Shown here: piece by piece, positions 1-11,701 of the stretch
Layout: every line of letters begins with the position of its first letter
Position numbering within the stretch: the first letter of the stretch is position 1
NCBI GenBank assembly: GCA_043228905.1
Contig: JBHGNT010000011.1
Location: 2,976,001 to 3,040,000 of the forward strand
Source of the DNA: Azolla caroliniana
Lineage: Eukaryota; Plantae; Polypodiophyta
Direction of reading: 5' to 3'
DNA: 64,000 nucleotides
Notes under the pieces: generated by a model
Seen by the model: the letters and a program-made list of their open reading frames with translations, nothing else
Database searches by the model: none
Told to the model about the DNA's origin: nothing
Translations under genes and position numbers: made by a program

Positions 1-672
1 GAAAATAAGGGGGGGGTGGCATGTGTGGAATTATTAAGAATGGAGAGGGGGGCATGGGCGGAGTGTGTGAAAATATTAGGGGGTGTTGGGGCTATATTAG
101 AGATTGGGGGAGGGGTAAGACCTTAATTATACAAAGTTTTGGGGGGAAACTTAGGGTGAGGATCATTACAAAAAGGGGGCATGGGGTTAAATAGGGGAAT
201 ATTGGAAAGTAACGGGGGGGGGGGGGGGGGGGGTATACAAAGAATTAGTAGAAAGTGTGGGGGGAGGGTTTTGAGAGTGAGTGGGGTATGGGTGTGGTGG
301 CCATGAATAAGGAAAGGGAGTTGGGCTCTTGGTGTGTAAAAGGGATGGGTTGTGTTGTTGCCCCAACGTAGGAGGGAAAGAAAATTGAGGGGGAAAGGAG
401 GGATGAGAGGTCTCGAGGGGCTGAGTATACAGAGGAGGGCTGAGGAGCAGAGGAGGAAGGTGAGAATGGGGGAGATGGACTCTATTGTAATCGAATGTAT
501 GACTAGAGGCCATACCCTCGTTGTAGCCCGCCTGTGCATTAATCCTGTCGGACTGATGTTGGTTGTGTTGGGCCGACGAGAATCGAGGAGGTGTGGTCGT
601 TGAGTGGAGGCTATGGATCAGAGATGGAGGTGCTCTGTGTGCAGCATGTGGCCAAGCATGCATATAGTGGTC

Positions 673-880
673 GATGTCTCTGTTGCCGCCAAAAAGTGAT
701 GATGGTGGTCGTTGATGGAGATCTTGTGGTGGATGATTATAGCCGTTGATGTCTCTATTGCCGCTGTTAAGTGATGATGGTGGTCGTTGATGGAGATCTT
801 GTGGTGGATGATTATAGCCGTTGATGTCTCTATTGCCGCCGAAAGTTGATGATGGAGGTTGTTGATGGAGATCTTGCGGC
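673..880. repeat. 75-bp tandem repeat, about 3 copies
   Basis: GATGTCTC recurs at 673, 748 and 823; encodes HPPQDLHQRPPSS...GNRDINGYN units on the minus strand. Confidence 0.85.
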
Positions 881-1159
881 GGATGATGCGAAGGACCTGT
901 ACGAAGGGAAGCATGAGTGGTAAAGTTGGAGTTCGGGTTATGGTGAGGGTAGGTCGAGTTTGTGCTCGGGCCTACCGAAAGCTCGTTGGATCTATAGAAA
1001 AGTACTCTTGGGTTTCGATGGTTGAGGTTGTGAGGATATGGGTTCATGCTAACTTCATTATTATTTATGTTGCAGATGAATTGAGGATGGTTGCGGTGCT
1101 TGGATGATCCGCGGTGAATTTGTGGTGGAGGAGGCTTCGGGTTTGTTATTTGAGGCCAA

Positions 1160-1345
1160 GGGTTAGGGTTTGTGTTAGTGTTAGTTTTTAGGTTGGGAAT
1201 TGTTTTAGAGTTAGGGTTGGGATTAGGGTTGGGGTTTGTTCTCAAGTTAGGGTTAGGGTTATGGTTTGTTCTCATGTTAGAGTTAGGGTTTGTTCTCAAG
1301 TTAGGGTTAGGGTTAGGGTTTGTTCTCAAGTTAGGGTTAGGGTTT
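1160..1345 (+). repeat. Degenerate (TTAGGG)n-containing minisatellite
   Basis: Runs of GGGTTA hexamers interspersed with TTTGTTCTCAAG. Confidence 0.85.
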
Positions 1346-1671
1346 CCCCTTATCACCATATCCCACTCACTCATCTGTCTTATCACCCTATCAATCTTCC
1401 TATCACCAACTCATTTCCCCCTTTATCACCACCCCCCCTATCATCAAGATCTTCCACCTTAAATCCTTACAACCTTCCATCTATTTACACTCTTATTACA
1501 CCCCACTCACTATGATTATACTTTCCCTCTTTCTCCTCCCTTCCCCATTCTCAACATCCTATATAAACCACCATTTGTATTTTCATGACCTTTTGCACTG
1601 ATGAGCTCTAAGCGAGCGAAACTAGTTTGCTACATAAGGACTTTCCTTTCATTTTAATGAAAACTTCTTGA

Positions 1672-1674
<3 letters not shown>
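1346..1674 (+). mobile_element. Probable pseudo-LTR (pLTR) of a Penelope-like retroelement
   Basis: C-rich tract, TATATAAA at about 1560, hammerhead core at 1595-1630, then an A-rich motif; this order is typical of PLE pLTRs; orientation opposite to the adjacent C-rich ORF. Confidence 0.5.
1595..1630 (+). ncRNA. Minimal type I hammerhead ribozyme
   Basis: GCA-CTGATGA-GCTC(TAAGC)GAGC-GAAA-CTAG-TT-TGC: complete core, 4-bp stem II, palindromic stem III ACTAGT, GUU cleavage triplet, stem I GCA/TGC. Confidence 0.85.

Positions 1675-1702
<28 letters not shown>
1675..1702. repeat. (TG)n microsatellite
   Basis: Direct reading. Confidence 0.95.
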
Positions 1703-1789
1703 CTTAGAATCTCTTCTTTTACTATTACATTATCTACTATATCACAAAGTCACCCGCACTCCTTGCTACAACCGAATGGTTAATAACAG

Positions 1790-2410
1790 ATAAATATGAG
1801 CCAAAATAGGAGCTGATGTAAATGCCATCTTAAGACCCTCAAAAGCCATGTTTGTGCCTTTAGACCAAACGAACGATTGTCCCTTCCTAGTGAGTTGTGT
1901 GAGAGGCAGAACAAGCTTTGAGTAATCCTATATAAACTTGCGGTAGAAATTGGCAAAGCCTAAAAAGCATTGCACATCTTGAAACGAACGCGGAGTCTGC
2001 CACTCTACCGTTGTTTTGACCTTAGCTGGATCCATGGAGATGCCTTTTGAGGAAATGACATAGCCCAGAAATTCTACCTGGTTGCACTCGAAACTACATT
2101 TTTCTTGCTTTGCATAAAGACCATGTTCTCGAAGTTGTTTTAGTACTAACAGTACATGAGAATCATGCTCTTCTTAGGTCTTCGAATAAACAAGTAGATC
2201 ATCCAAATAGATGATCAAACAAACATCCAAGAGATCTCGGAATATATCATTTGCCATGTGTTGGAAGACTGTTGGCGCATTAGTGAGGCCAAATGACATG
2301 ACCATATACTTGAAGCGCCCATATCTGGTGCAAAACATGGTCTTCCATTCATCTCCTAGTCGGATTCATACGAGGTTATATGCTCCTCGTAAGTCAATCT
2401 TTGTGAAGAA
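1790..2410 (-). pseudogene. Ty3/gypsy reverse transcriptase fragment, inverted relative to the downstream pol
   Basis: Minus strand reads [12 protein letters not shown]...[11 protein letters not shown]...[11 protein letters not shown]...FLGFANFYRKFI...APILAH, with stops. Confidence 0.9.
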
Positions 2411-4750
2411 CCCCACCGAAATCAACTATGAAATTCATGATAAGGAGCTATTAGCAATTGTGGACTCTTTTACGCAATGGAGGCATTTTCTAGAGGGATC
2501 TTCTCATCAAGTCACCGTATTTAGTGATCACAAAAACCTTGCCTACTTTTAGAATGCTCCTGTGTTAAATCGATGTCAAGCTCGGTGGGCCCAATTCCTC
2601 ATTCGTTTTGACTTCAAATTTACATATCGTCCGGGGAAGCAACAAGGGAAGGCAAATGCATTATCATGACGCTCGTATCTAGCACCGCGTTTTGGCGAGC
2701 CAACTTTCGATAACCAAAAGCAAGTAATCCTGGGACCAACACAACTGCAAGGACCGTAGCGCAGGTCTTCGGAATGCCCTTGGATTCCCACGTTATCGAT
2801 ACCATACGTGAGGACTTGAAGACAGATGCTTTCACCCAAGCCATTCTAGCACAAATTGATCCCTCTTGAGCATCTTGTTCACAGTCGCAACAACCAGGTA
2901 CGGACTATTGACAATTCGAATGTCATGATGGATTACTATTCTTTAAGAAACTCTTGTATGTTCCTAATGGTTCTTGTCGCCTTCGATAGTCCAAAACTGT
3001 CATGACACATATACTGTTGGGCATTTTGGTAGTACTAAAACATTAGATTTAGTACAACGATAATTTTGGTGACCCCATATGCGACAATTTGTCGAAGATT
3101 TTGTTCGGATTTGTGATACATGTTGTAGAGAGAAAATGCCAAGGCATGATCCATATGGTTTATTAGAACTATTACCAATTCCAAGCAAGCTGTGGCAATC
3201 CATTGCTCTAGATTTCATCATAGATCTTCTGGTCTCTAAGGGATTCGATGCAATCTTAACAGTAGTAGATCGATATACGAAGATGACCCATTTTCTGCCA
3301 TGTACTAAGGAGATCTCTAGTGAGGAAATCACCGAAATTGTCATGCGTGAAGTATGTCGGCATCATGGCCTTCCCGATAGTATCATTAGAGACTGTGGAC
3401 CCCAGTTCGTCTCGAAATTCTGGAAGCACCTCTTTGAAATGCTCAAGGTCACTTGTAACCTCTCCTTTGGCTACTGTCATGATGACACTTACATACGATT
3501 TGGGTTTACAGGGAATCAAACCCACAACCTTGTTATATATGTGTCGAGTTCTTAACCATTGTAATGATATATTTATGTGTAAAGAATTTATAAACTATAT
3601 AGAATATCGTAAAGTATTCTAGAGTACTCTATGTTCTAGAATGTTCTAGAATATTCGAGAGTGCTCTATTGTCTCAAACGTTCTAGAATATTCTAGCATA
3701 ATCTTTATTCTAAGATTTTCTAGAATACCCTATTAAGACTTATAAATATGCATCTAATAATAAGGGATGAACCAATTTGGTTCAACGCCATTCTAGAGCT
3801 CCCTTGTTGTTTATTGTATTCCACCTTCTAGTGCAATACATTATCTTTACAATATACTCTCTCTCTCTCTCTCTCTAAGTCTTGATAGCTACCACCCGCA
3901 AACAGATGGCCAAGTAGAACGAACAAATCAAATGCTAGAGCAGTATCTTCGGTGCTTTCTAAGTTATCATCAAGATGACGGGGTGGATATTCTCCACTTT
4001 GTCGAATTTGCGTATCATAACTCTGTCCACTCATCGACAAAGGTTACACCATTTTATGCTTATACGGGATGTCACCCCCGGTGGTGTGTATTTGAAACAC
4101 CAGAGTTACCCACAAATCCTTGCGTAGAGGATCGTTTGGAGCAGTTACGCAAGATACAAGCAGATTTATCTAGAGATCTACAGCAAGCTCAACAAACACA
4201 CAAGGTTTACGCTGATCGTCATCAGCTTCCATCTAGTTTTAACATTGGAGATCGGGTATGGCTACTTCTACGACACATCAAGACTACTCGCCCATGCGAG
4301 AAGTTGGATTATCGGCGATTAGGTCCTTTCCGTATTATCAGAAAAATTAATGATGTCGCTTTTCGTCTCGATCTACCTCCACAACTTTGGATACATCCGG
4401 TGTTTCATAGTTCTCTCCTCGAACCCTATCAAGACAACACCATCCCAAGTCGTATTAAAAAACCTCCACCCCCGATCGAGCTTGAAGATGGACCTGAGTA
4501 CGAGGTTGCCACCATCCTCGATTCCAAGATTGTTCGCAACAAGCTCTACTATTTAGTCGATTGGCTAGGATATAGTCCCCGCGAGCGTACTTGTGAACCA
4601 ATAGAGAATGTAACCAATGCTCGTGCCCTTCTTGAAGACTTCCATCGTCAATATCCAAAGAAACCATGTCCTCAATCCAAAACGACTTGTGACACTCGTC
4701 GTTTTAAAGGGGGGGATGGTGTCATGATATGGCAAGACTCAAACCCATGA
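2411..4750 (+). pseudogene. Chromovirus (Tcn1-like) RNase H-integrase-chromodomain, decayed
   Basis: [15 protein letters not shown] (RNase H), GHFG..C..C, ALDFI, HPQTDGQ, GPF motif, chromodomain EYEVATILDS..LYYLVDWLGY; PPT AAAGGGGGGGATGG at about 4706-4719. Confidence 0.9.
3475..3887 (+). mobile_element. Solo LTR inserted in the chromovirus integrase
   Basis: TGTCATGA...CTTGATA flanked by the 5-bp TSD GCTAC (3470-3474 / 3888-3892); removing it restores GY-HPQTDGQ; resembles the host LTR at 4720. Confidence 0.9.
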
Positions 4751-4930
4751 CCTTATGTTAAATCGGTCGAGCTCTTGACCATTGGACTATATGTTGTAAT
4801 ACAAAGGATATTATTTTCATTTAAGTTTTACTATAGAAAATTGATGTATATTCCCGATTTCTCTGGAACATTCTAGAAACTTCAAGAGTACCCCTAAGAA
4901 GATTCTAGAAACTTCAAGAGTTCGGATTCT
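4720..4930 (+). mobile_element. Truncated 3' LTR of the chromovirus
   Basis: Starts TGTCATGA directly after the PPT; similar to the solo LTR at 3475. Confidence 0.75.
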
Positions 4931-4934
4931 TCGA

Positions 4935-7036
4935 TCGACTCGATAGGTCGATTGGTCTTTGTTGAGCCATTTGTGTCAGGAGTTTTGTTAGGTGACCCGC
5001 CCCCAAGTCGGGATTTCGGTGGTGTCACATTGTCCTCCCCTATTAAATTTGTCGACTCGGTTCTGTTTCCTACTTGCATCTTGTTGACTTTGCCTGCTTC
5101 GACTCTTGTCGAATTGGCTTTGTCGTTGATGGCTTTGTCTTCGAGTTCGACTAGTGGGCTTCCTACCGATTCGGAGTCGGTAGGTATGTTGTTGGCTTGG
5201 TCGAGTTCGACTGTTTGTCGAATCTCTGAGTCAGCTTGGTGGGTCAGTTCTTCTATGACAACTTTGTCTTCTTCAAAGGATACCTTCTTACCAACTGTTC
5301 TCTGCTAGTTCCGCTGAGAGAAGATATAGTCTTCATTGAAGACTACGTCATTGCTCCGTATCAGTCTTCAGTTCTCAGGGTCCCATAACCTGTAGCCAAA
5401 TTCTCCATCGGTTCCATAACCGAGAAATATGCATTTTGTTGCATGGGGTGCCAATTTTGACCTTTTATCCCTAGGGATGAACGCGTAGGCTTTGCATCCG
5501 AATATACAGAGCCTATCGTCGGTCGGCTGTTTGCTTGACCATAGTGCATGTGGCAGTTCGAGCCTGATTGCTCTTGACAGTGCCAAATTTATCAGGTATA
5601 CTGTCGTCTGCAATGCTTCTGCCTAGAATTCTAGCTTCAGTCTGGCTTCCTAGAGCATTGCTGTCACCCTCTTCTGGATCATTCTGTTGATCCGTTCTGC
5701 CACTCCATTTGGCATGGGTTTGTAGGGAACGGTCTTTTGATGTCGAATCCCTTTGTTGGACAAGTACTGCTTGAAGGCTCTGGAGGTATATTCGCCTCCG
5801 TTGTCGGATCAGAGTGTCTTCACTCTGTGTCCCGACCGGTTCTCCACTTTAGATATCCACCGAGTGAAGATCTCGAGCGCTTCCTCTTAGAACCTTCCGT
5901 GTACAATCATCTACAAAGGTGATGAAGTACCGGGAGCCTCCTAGTGATCGCTCTAGCATGGGCCCACATATGTTTGTGTGCACGAGCTCTAGGGGTTCTC
6001 GTACCATCTCTTAGTGGAGAGAGTGCGGACTTCGGGTCTGTTTCCTGTATCGACAATGCTCGCAGAAGTCTGTCTTTGCTTGGAGTTTCGGGATGTAGCC
6101 TACCGACATCAACTGATCAAGTTCGGCTTGAGACATATGGCCAAGTCGATCATGCCATAGGTTTGGGTCAGTCTTTTCGGCTATGTTCACGACCCCTTCT
6201 GGATTGATCGCCATCATTGGGTACAAGTTATTGTACTTGTGCCCAGCTCCTATCTTCCGGTTTCCTCGGCCGATCATCCATACCGAATCACTTAGAGTCG
6301 TTTTGTACCCGTCTTCAGCTAGCATGCCGATGGAGACCAGACTCCTTTTCAGATCAGGTATGTGTCGAACTCAGTGTAGGGTTATTGTGTTGTCGTTTGG
6401 CAATTTGACGGGAACCTCTCCGCTCCCTGCTATTCTGCACTCCTGCTCGTTTCCTAGTTAGATTGTGCTGTTGGCATCGGTTGAATAGTTTGAAAACCAT
6501 TCAATGTTCAGGGTTACGTGGAATGTGGCACCGGAATCCAGTAACCACGTGTGTGCATCCTATGCACTGTAGAGGACTTCTCCGATCACTGAATCCTCTA
6601 AGGAGAGAATCTCTCCTGATCGGGTGTTGGCAACATTGATTTGATTTCCTGTAGGAGAGTGGTCCGAGCCGGGTCGTCCTCGATTCCGCTCAAATCGCCG
6701 ACCACTCTCTTTTCTGTTGATTGACCAGCAATCGAAAACATTGTGGACAACTTTTCTGTAGTGTGTGCAAAATTCTCCTGATCGACCCATTCTCGACTTC
6801 GACCGCTGTCAGTCTCCCCTTGATTTTGATCGGTTGGTATTCTGACCGGTTCTGTTGGCTTGTTCTCTCGTTTGACTTTGTCGGTCGAACGACTCGGTCG
6901 AGTGATGGGCTTTTGTCGATTCATCGATGGTAAGTCCCATCGATTTTCGCCGAATGTCCTTGGTGAGGACTTGACCGATCGTCTCATCCAGATTTAGGAA
7001 TAATCAATGGCCTCGACTTGTCTTCGAATAATTAGT
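4935..7036 (-). pseudogene. Ty1/copia gag-protease-integrase remnant (RT/RH and 3' LTR lost); 5' end continues at 30299
   Basis: WLLDSGATFHV protease, LWHDRLGH..CEHC, KCIFLGYG..GYRLWDP; gag N-terminus rejoins across element A as PKFDGKNFALWKEMM*DV|LIIRRQVEAI. Confidence 0.85.
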
Positions 7037-8268
7037 ACGTTGTCGTGTTATTACGCGTGCGTGTGTGAAATAAGGCGGGACCACGGGGGCCCTGAACCGA
7101 GGAGCAAGAGAGACAAGAGGAAGTGAGGAGCGCGAAAGTGCGAGGGCTGCTAGACCTATCAGCAACCGGCGACACTTACCAGCTTATTGGACCACCAACG
7201 CGTATACTGACTCAATCAAAGAGCACACTCGAGAGAGATGAAAGAAGAGACTCCCTGAACACAGATAACACAGGTCAGCGGAAACAAGAGATCCTATTAC
7301 AATAACAGTGGCAATTACAACGGTTGCAACCCCGTAGAGAATGATGACAGAGGAAGAGAGAGCTCGGTTCCCAATCCGACAACACCTCCTCTTTCCCTTC
7401 CCAAAACGTAATACCCTTCTCCTATTCCCCTTCCCTTTTATAGGTCGCTGAGGAGGCCCTTACATCAAAACATGTCAACATTATTCTCTGTCCCTTCGGA
7501 CAGATATACACATCAATTTCCTAATAAATTGTCACACCTAGTATATTTACATCAGCCGTCCTATTCCTAGTTATGTACAATGTATCAATTCGCGCACACT
7601 CGTGCAAGGGCGGGTTCACTCCTTTAATTCCTTGATTCCTCTTCGGGCCGGTTTTCTTCACGACATCCACCCCCACCAAACCGTGCATCCACCGGTATGC
7701 GCCAAACACTAATAATCGCTGGAGAAGATCGGCCCGTAATCATCCGTCACTTCCCAAATCCTCGTCTGCTCTGAACCGGTCGTCGTCGTCGATCACGCTT
7801 CCCGGATCCGGCTCGTCCTCATGCCGCTTCTTGAATGTCTTGATCCGCGTCCTGGCTACCGACATTGTTAATCGCATCCCATTGAGCTCTGCAAGATGAT
7901 ACATACCGTTGTCATTCACGCTCATTATGGCGTAGGGCCCAAACCTCCTCCTTGTGAATTTGCGCGTTGCATTGTGCTGGTTGTTGAGGCTGTTGTCATA
8001 CACCAACACCCAGTCTCCTTCCTCGATCTTCTTTGGCCGTAGCCGGTGCGTTCGGTCATACTGATACCGATGGTTCTTTTGAATTATTTGCCGCCTATTC
8101 TACTCCAACATCCTCGAGATTTGGAAAGCAAAGTATTATGGATGAGGAAGAACCCTGGCAATAGACATGTATGGACTTGGAGAGAGGCCTATTCTAGGTC
8201 GTCTCGACTATTCTGGTGATAAAACAAGGTAAAGAGACCCGCAACCTCTTCGTACCAAGCTAGGTAAT

Positions 8269-8341
8269 CAGGAGAAAAGGGATTCGAACCCTTAACCTTT
8301 GGTTTTGGAGACCATTGTTCTACCATTGGAACTATTCTCCT
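8269..8341 (-). tRNA. trnW-CCA: tRNA-Trp(CCA), native plant-mitochondrial type (NUMT copy)
   Basis: AGGAGAATAGTTCCAATGGTAGAACAATGGTCTCCAAAACCAAAGGTTAAGGGTTCGAATCCCTTTTCTCCTG folds as a cloverleaf with a CCA anticodon. Confidence 0.93.
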
Positions 8342-9047
8342 GAAATTAAATAATTACTTACGAGCCGGATGGTTACTTTGCCTTTATTCCTTGGCGTTGA
8401 ACCGTGCGGCTTCATCAAGCAAGCAAGCAAGCAAGAACGCGGTTCATGCGGAAGAAGCGGTTCATCGTGCTTGCTTCATGTGGATTTCTAGGCCTTCATG
8501 CGGTGATATACAACGGCAGCAAGCAAGCAAGCAAGCAAGCATGAAGGCCGATATCGTCGTTCTTTGGCTTCATCTGGCCGGGCTGGGCCGGGCCGCCGCC
8601 CCTATGTATTTGATGAATCCTGTCCCGCAGTTTATGTTAAGACAGTGTGCGAGGGGCGCATATAGTCAGCTGCTCACAACCAACCTACTTTCGTCTTGAA
8701 ATGCCTTCTTAAGGCACTTTCCTCTCACTAGGTGAAAAGAAAGGAGTTTGCAGAAACGAATTGGAAAGGACCTCAAAGAAAGCAGCAAACCAATAGTACG
8801 CTAATTTACTTGGTCCTATCGATTTCTCACGTTAATAATAACCAAACGTGAAGTGGCCCGGTTAAGGTAGGGTTGTAGCGCCTGAAATTGCCTACCTCTA
8901 TGTATGAAGAAGATAATGAACCAAATGTCATCTAGCAACGCCATACCACTTAAATGAGATTAAGGTTTGGCTCCGACACTCCAACATGCCGACCGAGAAT
9001 TCCCAGAGAACAACACCATTCTATGAAACATTCAAGGAAGGTTTGTG

Positions 9048-9121
9048 TGCACCAAAGGGGACTTGAACCTCTAACCACTTGGTTCGAAGCTAGGTACTCT
9101 ATCCGATTGAGCTATCGGTGT
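9048..9121 (-). tRNA. trnR-UCG: tRNA-Arg(UCG), bacterial/chlamydial-like, decayed copy
   Basis: ACACCGATAGCTCAATCGGATAGAGTACCTAGCTTCGAACCAAGTGGTTAGAGGTTCAAGTCCCCTTTGGTGCA; TCG anticodon; acceptor and anticodon stem mismatches are G-to-A type. Confidence 0.85.
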
Positions 9122-11339
9122 TGCCTGCTGCTTTCAGAACACACTTTCCCTATCTATCTTTGGTAGGCGATTTGTTGGTTTCTGGAGCACAGCTTGTTTA
9201 GCAGGTGGATCCAGAGTGCCAAAGAAAAGAAGAGCGGTTTTCCGCTTCTTCCGCCGGCCACAGGTCAGCCTCTGAGGGCGCATCCCGGGCTTGTCCATGT
9301 CAACGCTATAGGTGACTTGTTCAGGAGGCAGCTTTTCTTTTCGGGCTGGTCCTCGTGGATGGTTCTCTAACCTTCCACACACTGTTAAGGAATGACCTAG
9401 TCATGTAATAGGGTCTCTTAAAGGAAATTATGCGGGTAGGTACTTGCACATCATAGAGGGCACGCACGCACGCACGGGTGTTGAGACTTTGCCAACCCAG
9501 CCCAGCCCAGCCCAGCCAACATGGGTGCTGCTTTCGCGCTCCTCTGCAGCAACAGAAGGCCATTCTGTTAATGAAAGCGGCGAGTCATGGCACGATGAAC
9601 TGCTTCATCGAAAAGCGTTAGTGAAAAGTACAGCGTGCAGCTGGAATATTATTATTATTCGTTACTCATTTCATGACTGAAGCGCCAGCCAAAAAAACAA
9701 AACAAACAAAAAACTAGCACCTTTGAAAACAAAAGTGGTAGGGCCAGGAAGCCACCTGGCAATAGGAAAGTGCACGAATCAAGATACGGCCTCTCCTCAT
9801 TACGAAGAACCGGCAGATTCAGGTACCTTGCCGGCCAAGTGAAGTGGTAGCTTGCCTAAGGTAGGTTCCTGTTCTTACAAGGGGTCTTTCGGGCTTTTGA
9901 CAATGAATTTTCGAGGATTCTAGGGATAACATTGTTGAGTGAACACTGGACGTTGACATTTATAGGAAGGTACTACTTTGGGCGATCTTCAACAAAGTTG
10001 TGCTAATAGGCCTTCAAGCAAGTAGGAACCTATATGTCGATAAGGTTTGTGCCTTGTTTAGGGATAGGTATCCGCTCTTGAAAATCTCCACCCATCATAG
10101 TGCCCCCTCGTCCGTTACTTTGCCTCAGTGCTCTCCTGCCCCCGTAACATTATGAAAGGGTTGAGAACAACAACGGCGACGGTATAGCAAGAGAAAGCTA
10201 GAGAGAAAGGGCTATGGGAATGTGAAGGACTCCCTTCATTGAAAAAGAAAGTGTCGATTGTCTATTCTTTAGGCACTTGCGGGAGACTAATCTCTCCTAG
10301 AGAACACGTGTGGGAAGTATTCGTTTCTAATAATCCCAAAGTCTTTAAGGTTTTGACCATTTTGTGTAACCATTAGGATGCTCCGAAAACACTAGAGTAC
10401 AGGAAGGAAACACTGGTGTCAAAGCATTCTTTGGGAACTACATCTTGTTCTTCCTAGATGGATGATTTGCCCCGTTTGATGCCGTCGTGTGAAAGTTGTT
10501 TTCATGATTTAGGAATTCAACTGATTTTAGGTAATCCATCTTTATGTGGCACGACATGAAAGGTGCTATGAAAAACACGTAACCGACCAAATTACGTGAA
10601 ATGGATAAATCAATCTGGTTAGGGCATTCTTCGGGGGTCGGACTACCATTAGTCCATATTTCCATGAATGAGATCTCTCGCATTTCCACACCATTCTCAA
10701 ACGGATGGACACTATAATTTACGTTTCGGTGGTACGGATTAATCGTAGTTCGAACCCTACCAAGCAATATCTAGTTTCTTGCGCTCTGGGAGCTAATAAT
10801 CAAACCGCTACCCAACAAGACAGCTACTATTTTGTTGAAGAAAAAAAAGTAGTTATCTTTTTATTTCTTCAACAAAAGAATATCTATTCATTGAACCAGA
10901 CTGGTTGCTGCGAGTCACACACCCATATCAAAATCTTTTAGGGGATTATTCGCACAATTTAACTACCTTTTTGACCATAATCGATCCAACTACTCGAGAA
11001 ATTAGAATTGGGTAGCTACTGAGTAGAATGCTACTACAACCCCAAAAGTGTTTGTTTCTCTTCCAGCTTTTCCTAGTTTAAGTACTAGGATTTGAAACTC
11101 AGATAGATTTAAGATTCTCTCTACTTAGTCAGGAGAGATCTTTGTGGGACTCTCCCCATGATCGGGTTTAAGAGGCTTCGTGAAACCCTACTTATATACA
11201 TACCCAATCGGGTTCTTTATGAGTCTAAAGCATTACGGTTTTTAGGACGCATACATTCCCCCCGCACCCAAATACAAAAAAATTACCCATAAAAAAAGAA
11301 CTATTTTATGGCTCAACCGTCGGGGTAAAAAAATGATCC

Positions 11340-11701
11340 AAAGGGAGGAGATATAGTCAAAATTGTAACAAGTTAAGATCCTATACCTTTTAGATTAGAG
11401 TTCGCAAGCGCATCAGCGATGAAGTGATACACGATGTATGGGATAAGAGATAATTCAAGAAGCTTCCTCATTAATTTATTAGGCTGACTTGGGTCATAAG
11501 CCACTCCACGAAATCATTGTTTTCTGTGTTCCTCTATAAGATCCCCCTCCTTTGAGGAAGAGGTACTCAAATTACTAGGAAATACAAAACTTTATAAAAG
11601 TGAAATTCTTGTGGAGTAATATACCTAAAGATTCGCTCGAGCCGTATGAGAAGAAACTCTCATGTTCGATTCTGATGGGGGGATAGAATGTCCATCCCAA
11701 T
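11340..11701 (+). ncRNA. 3' part of the plastid petD group II intron (5' boundary uncertain)
   Basis: Domain V GAGCCGTATGAGAAGAAACTCTCATGTTCGATTC and domain VI ending ...CCCAAT immediately before exon 2. Confidence 0.75.

Larger units (their letters stand above)
187..1345 (-). other. Low-complexity Asn/Pro/His-rich ORF, possibly the 5' part of a Penelope-like element ORF continuing left of the window
   Basis: 399-aa ORF (187..1386) built of NPNPNPNLRT and 25-aa repeats; strongly C-rich on the minus strand, with the skew switching at about 1345; no recognisable domain. Confidence 0.3.
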
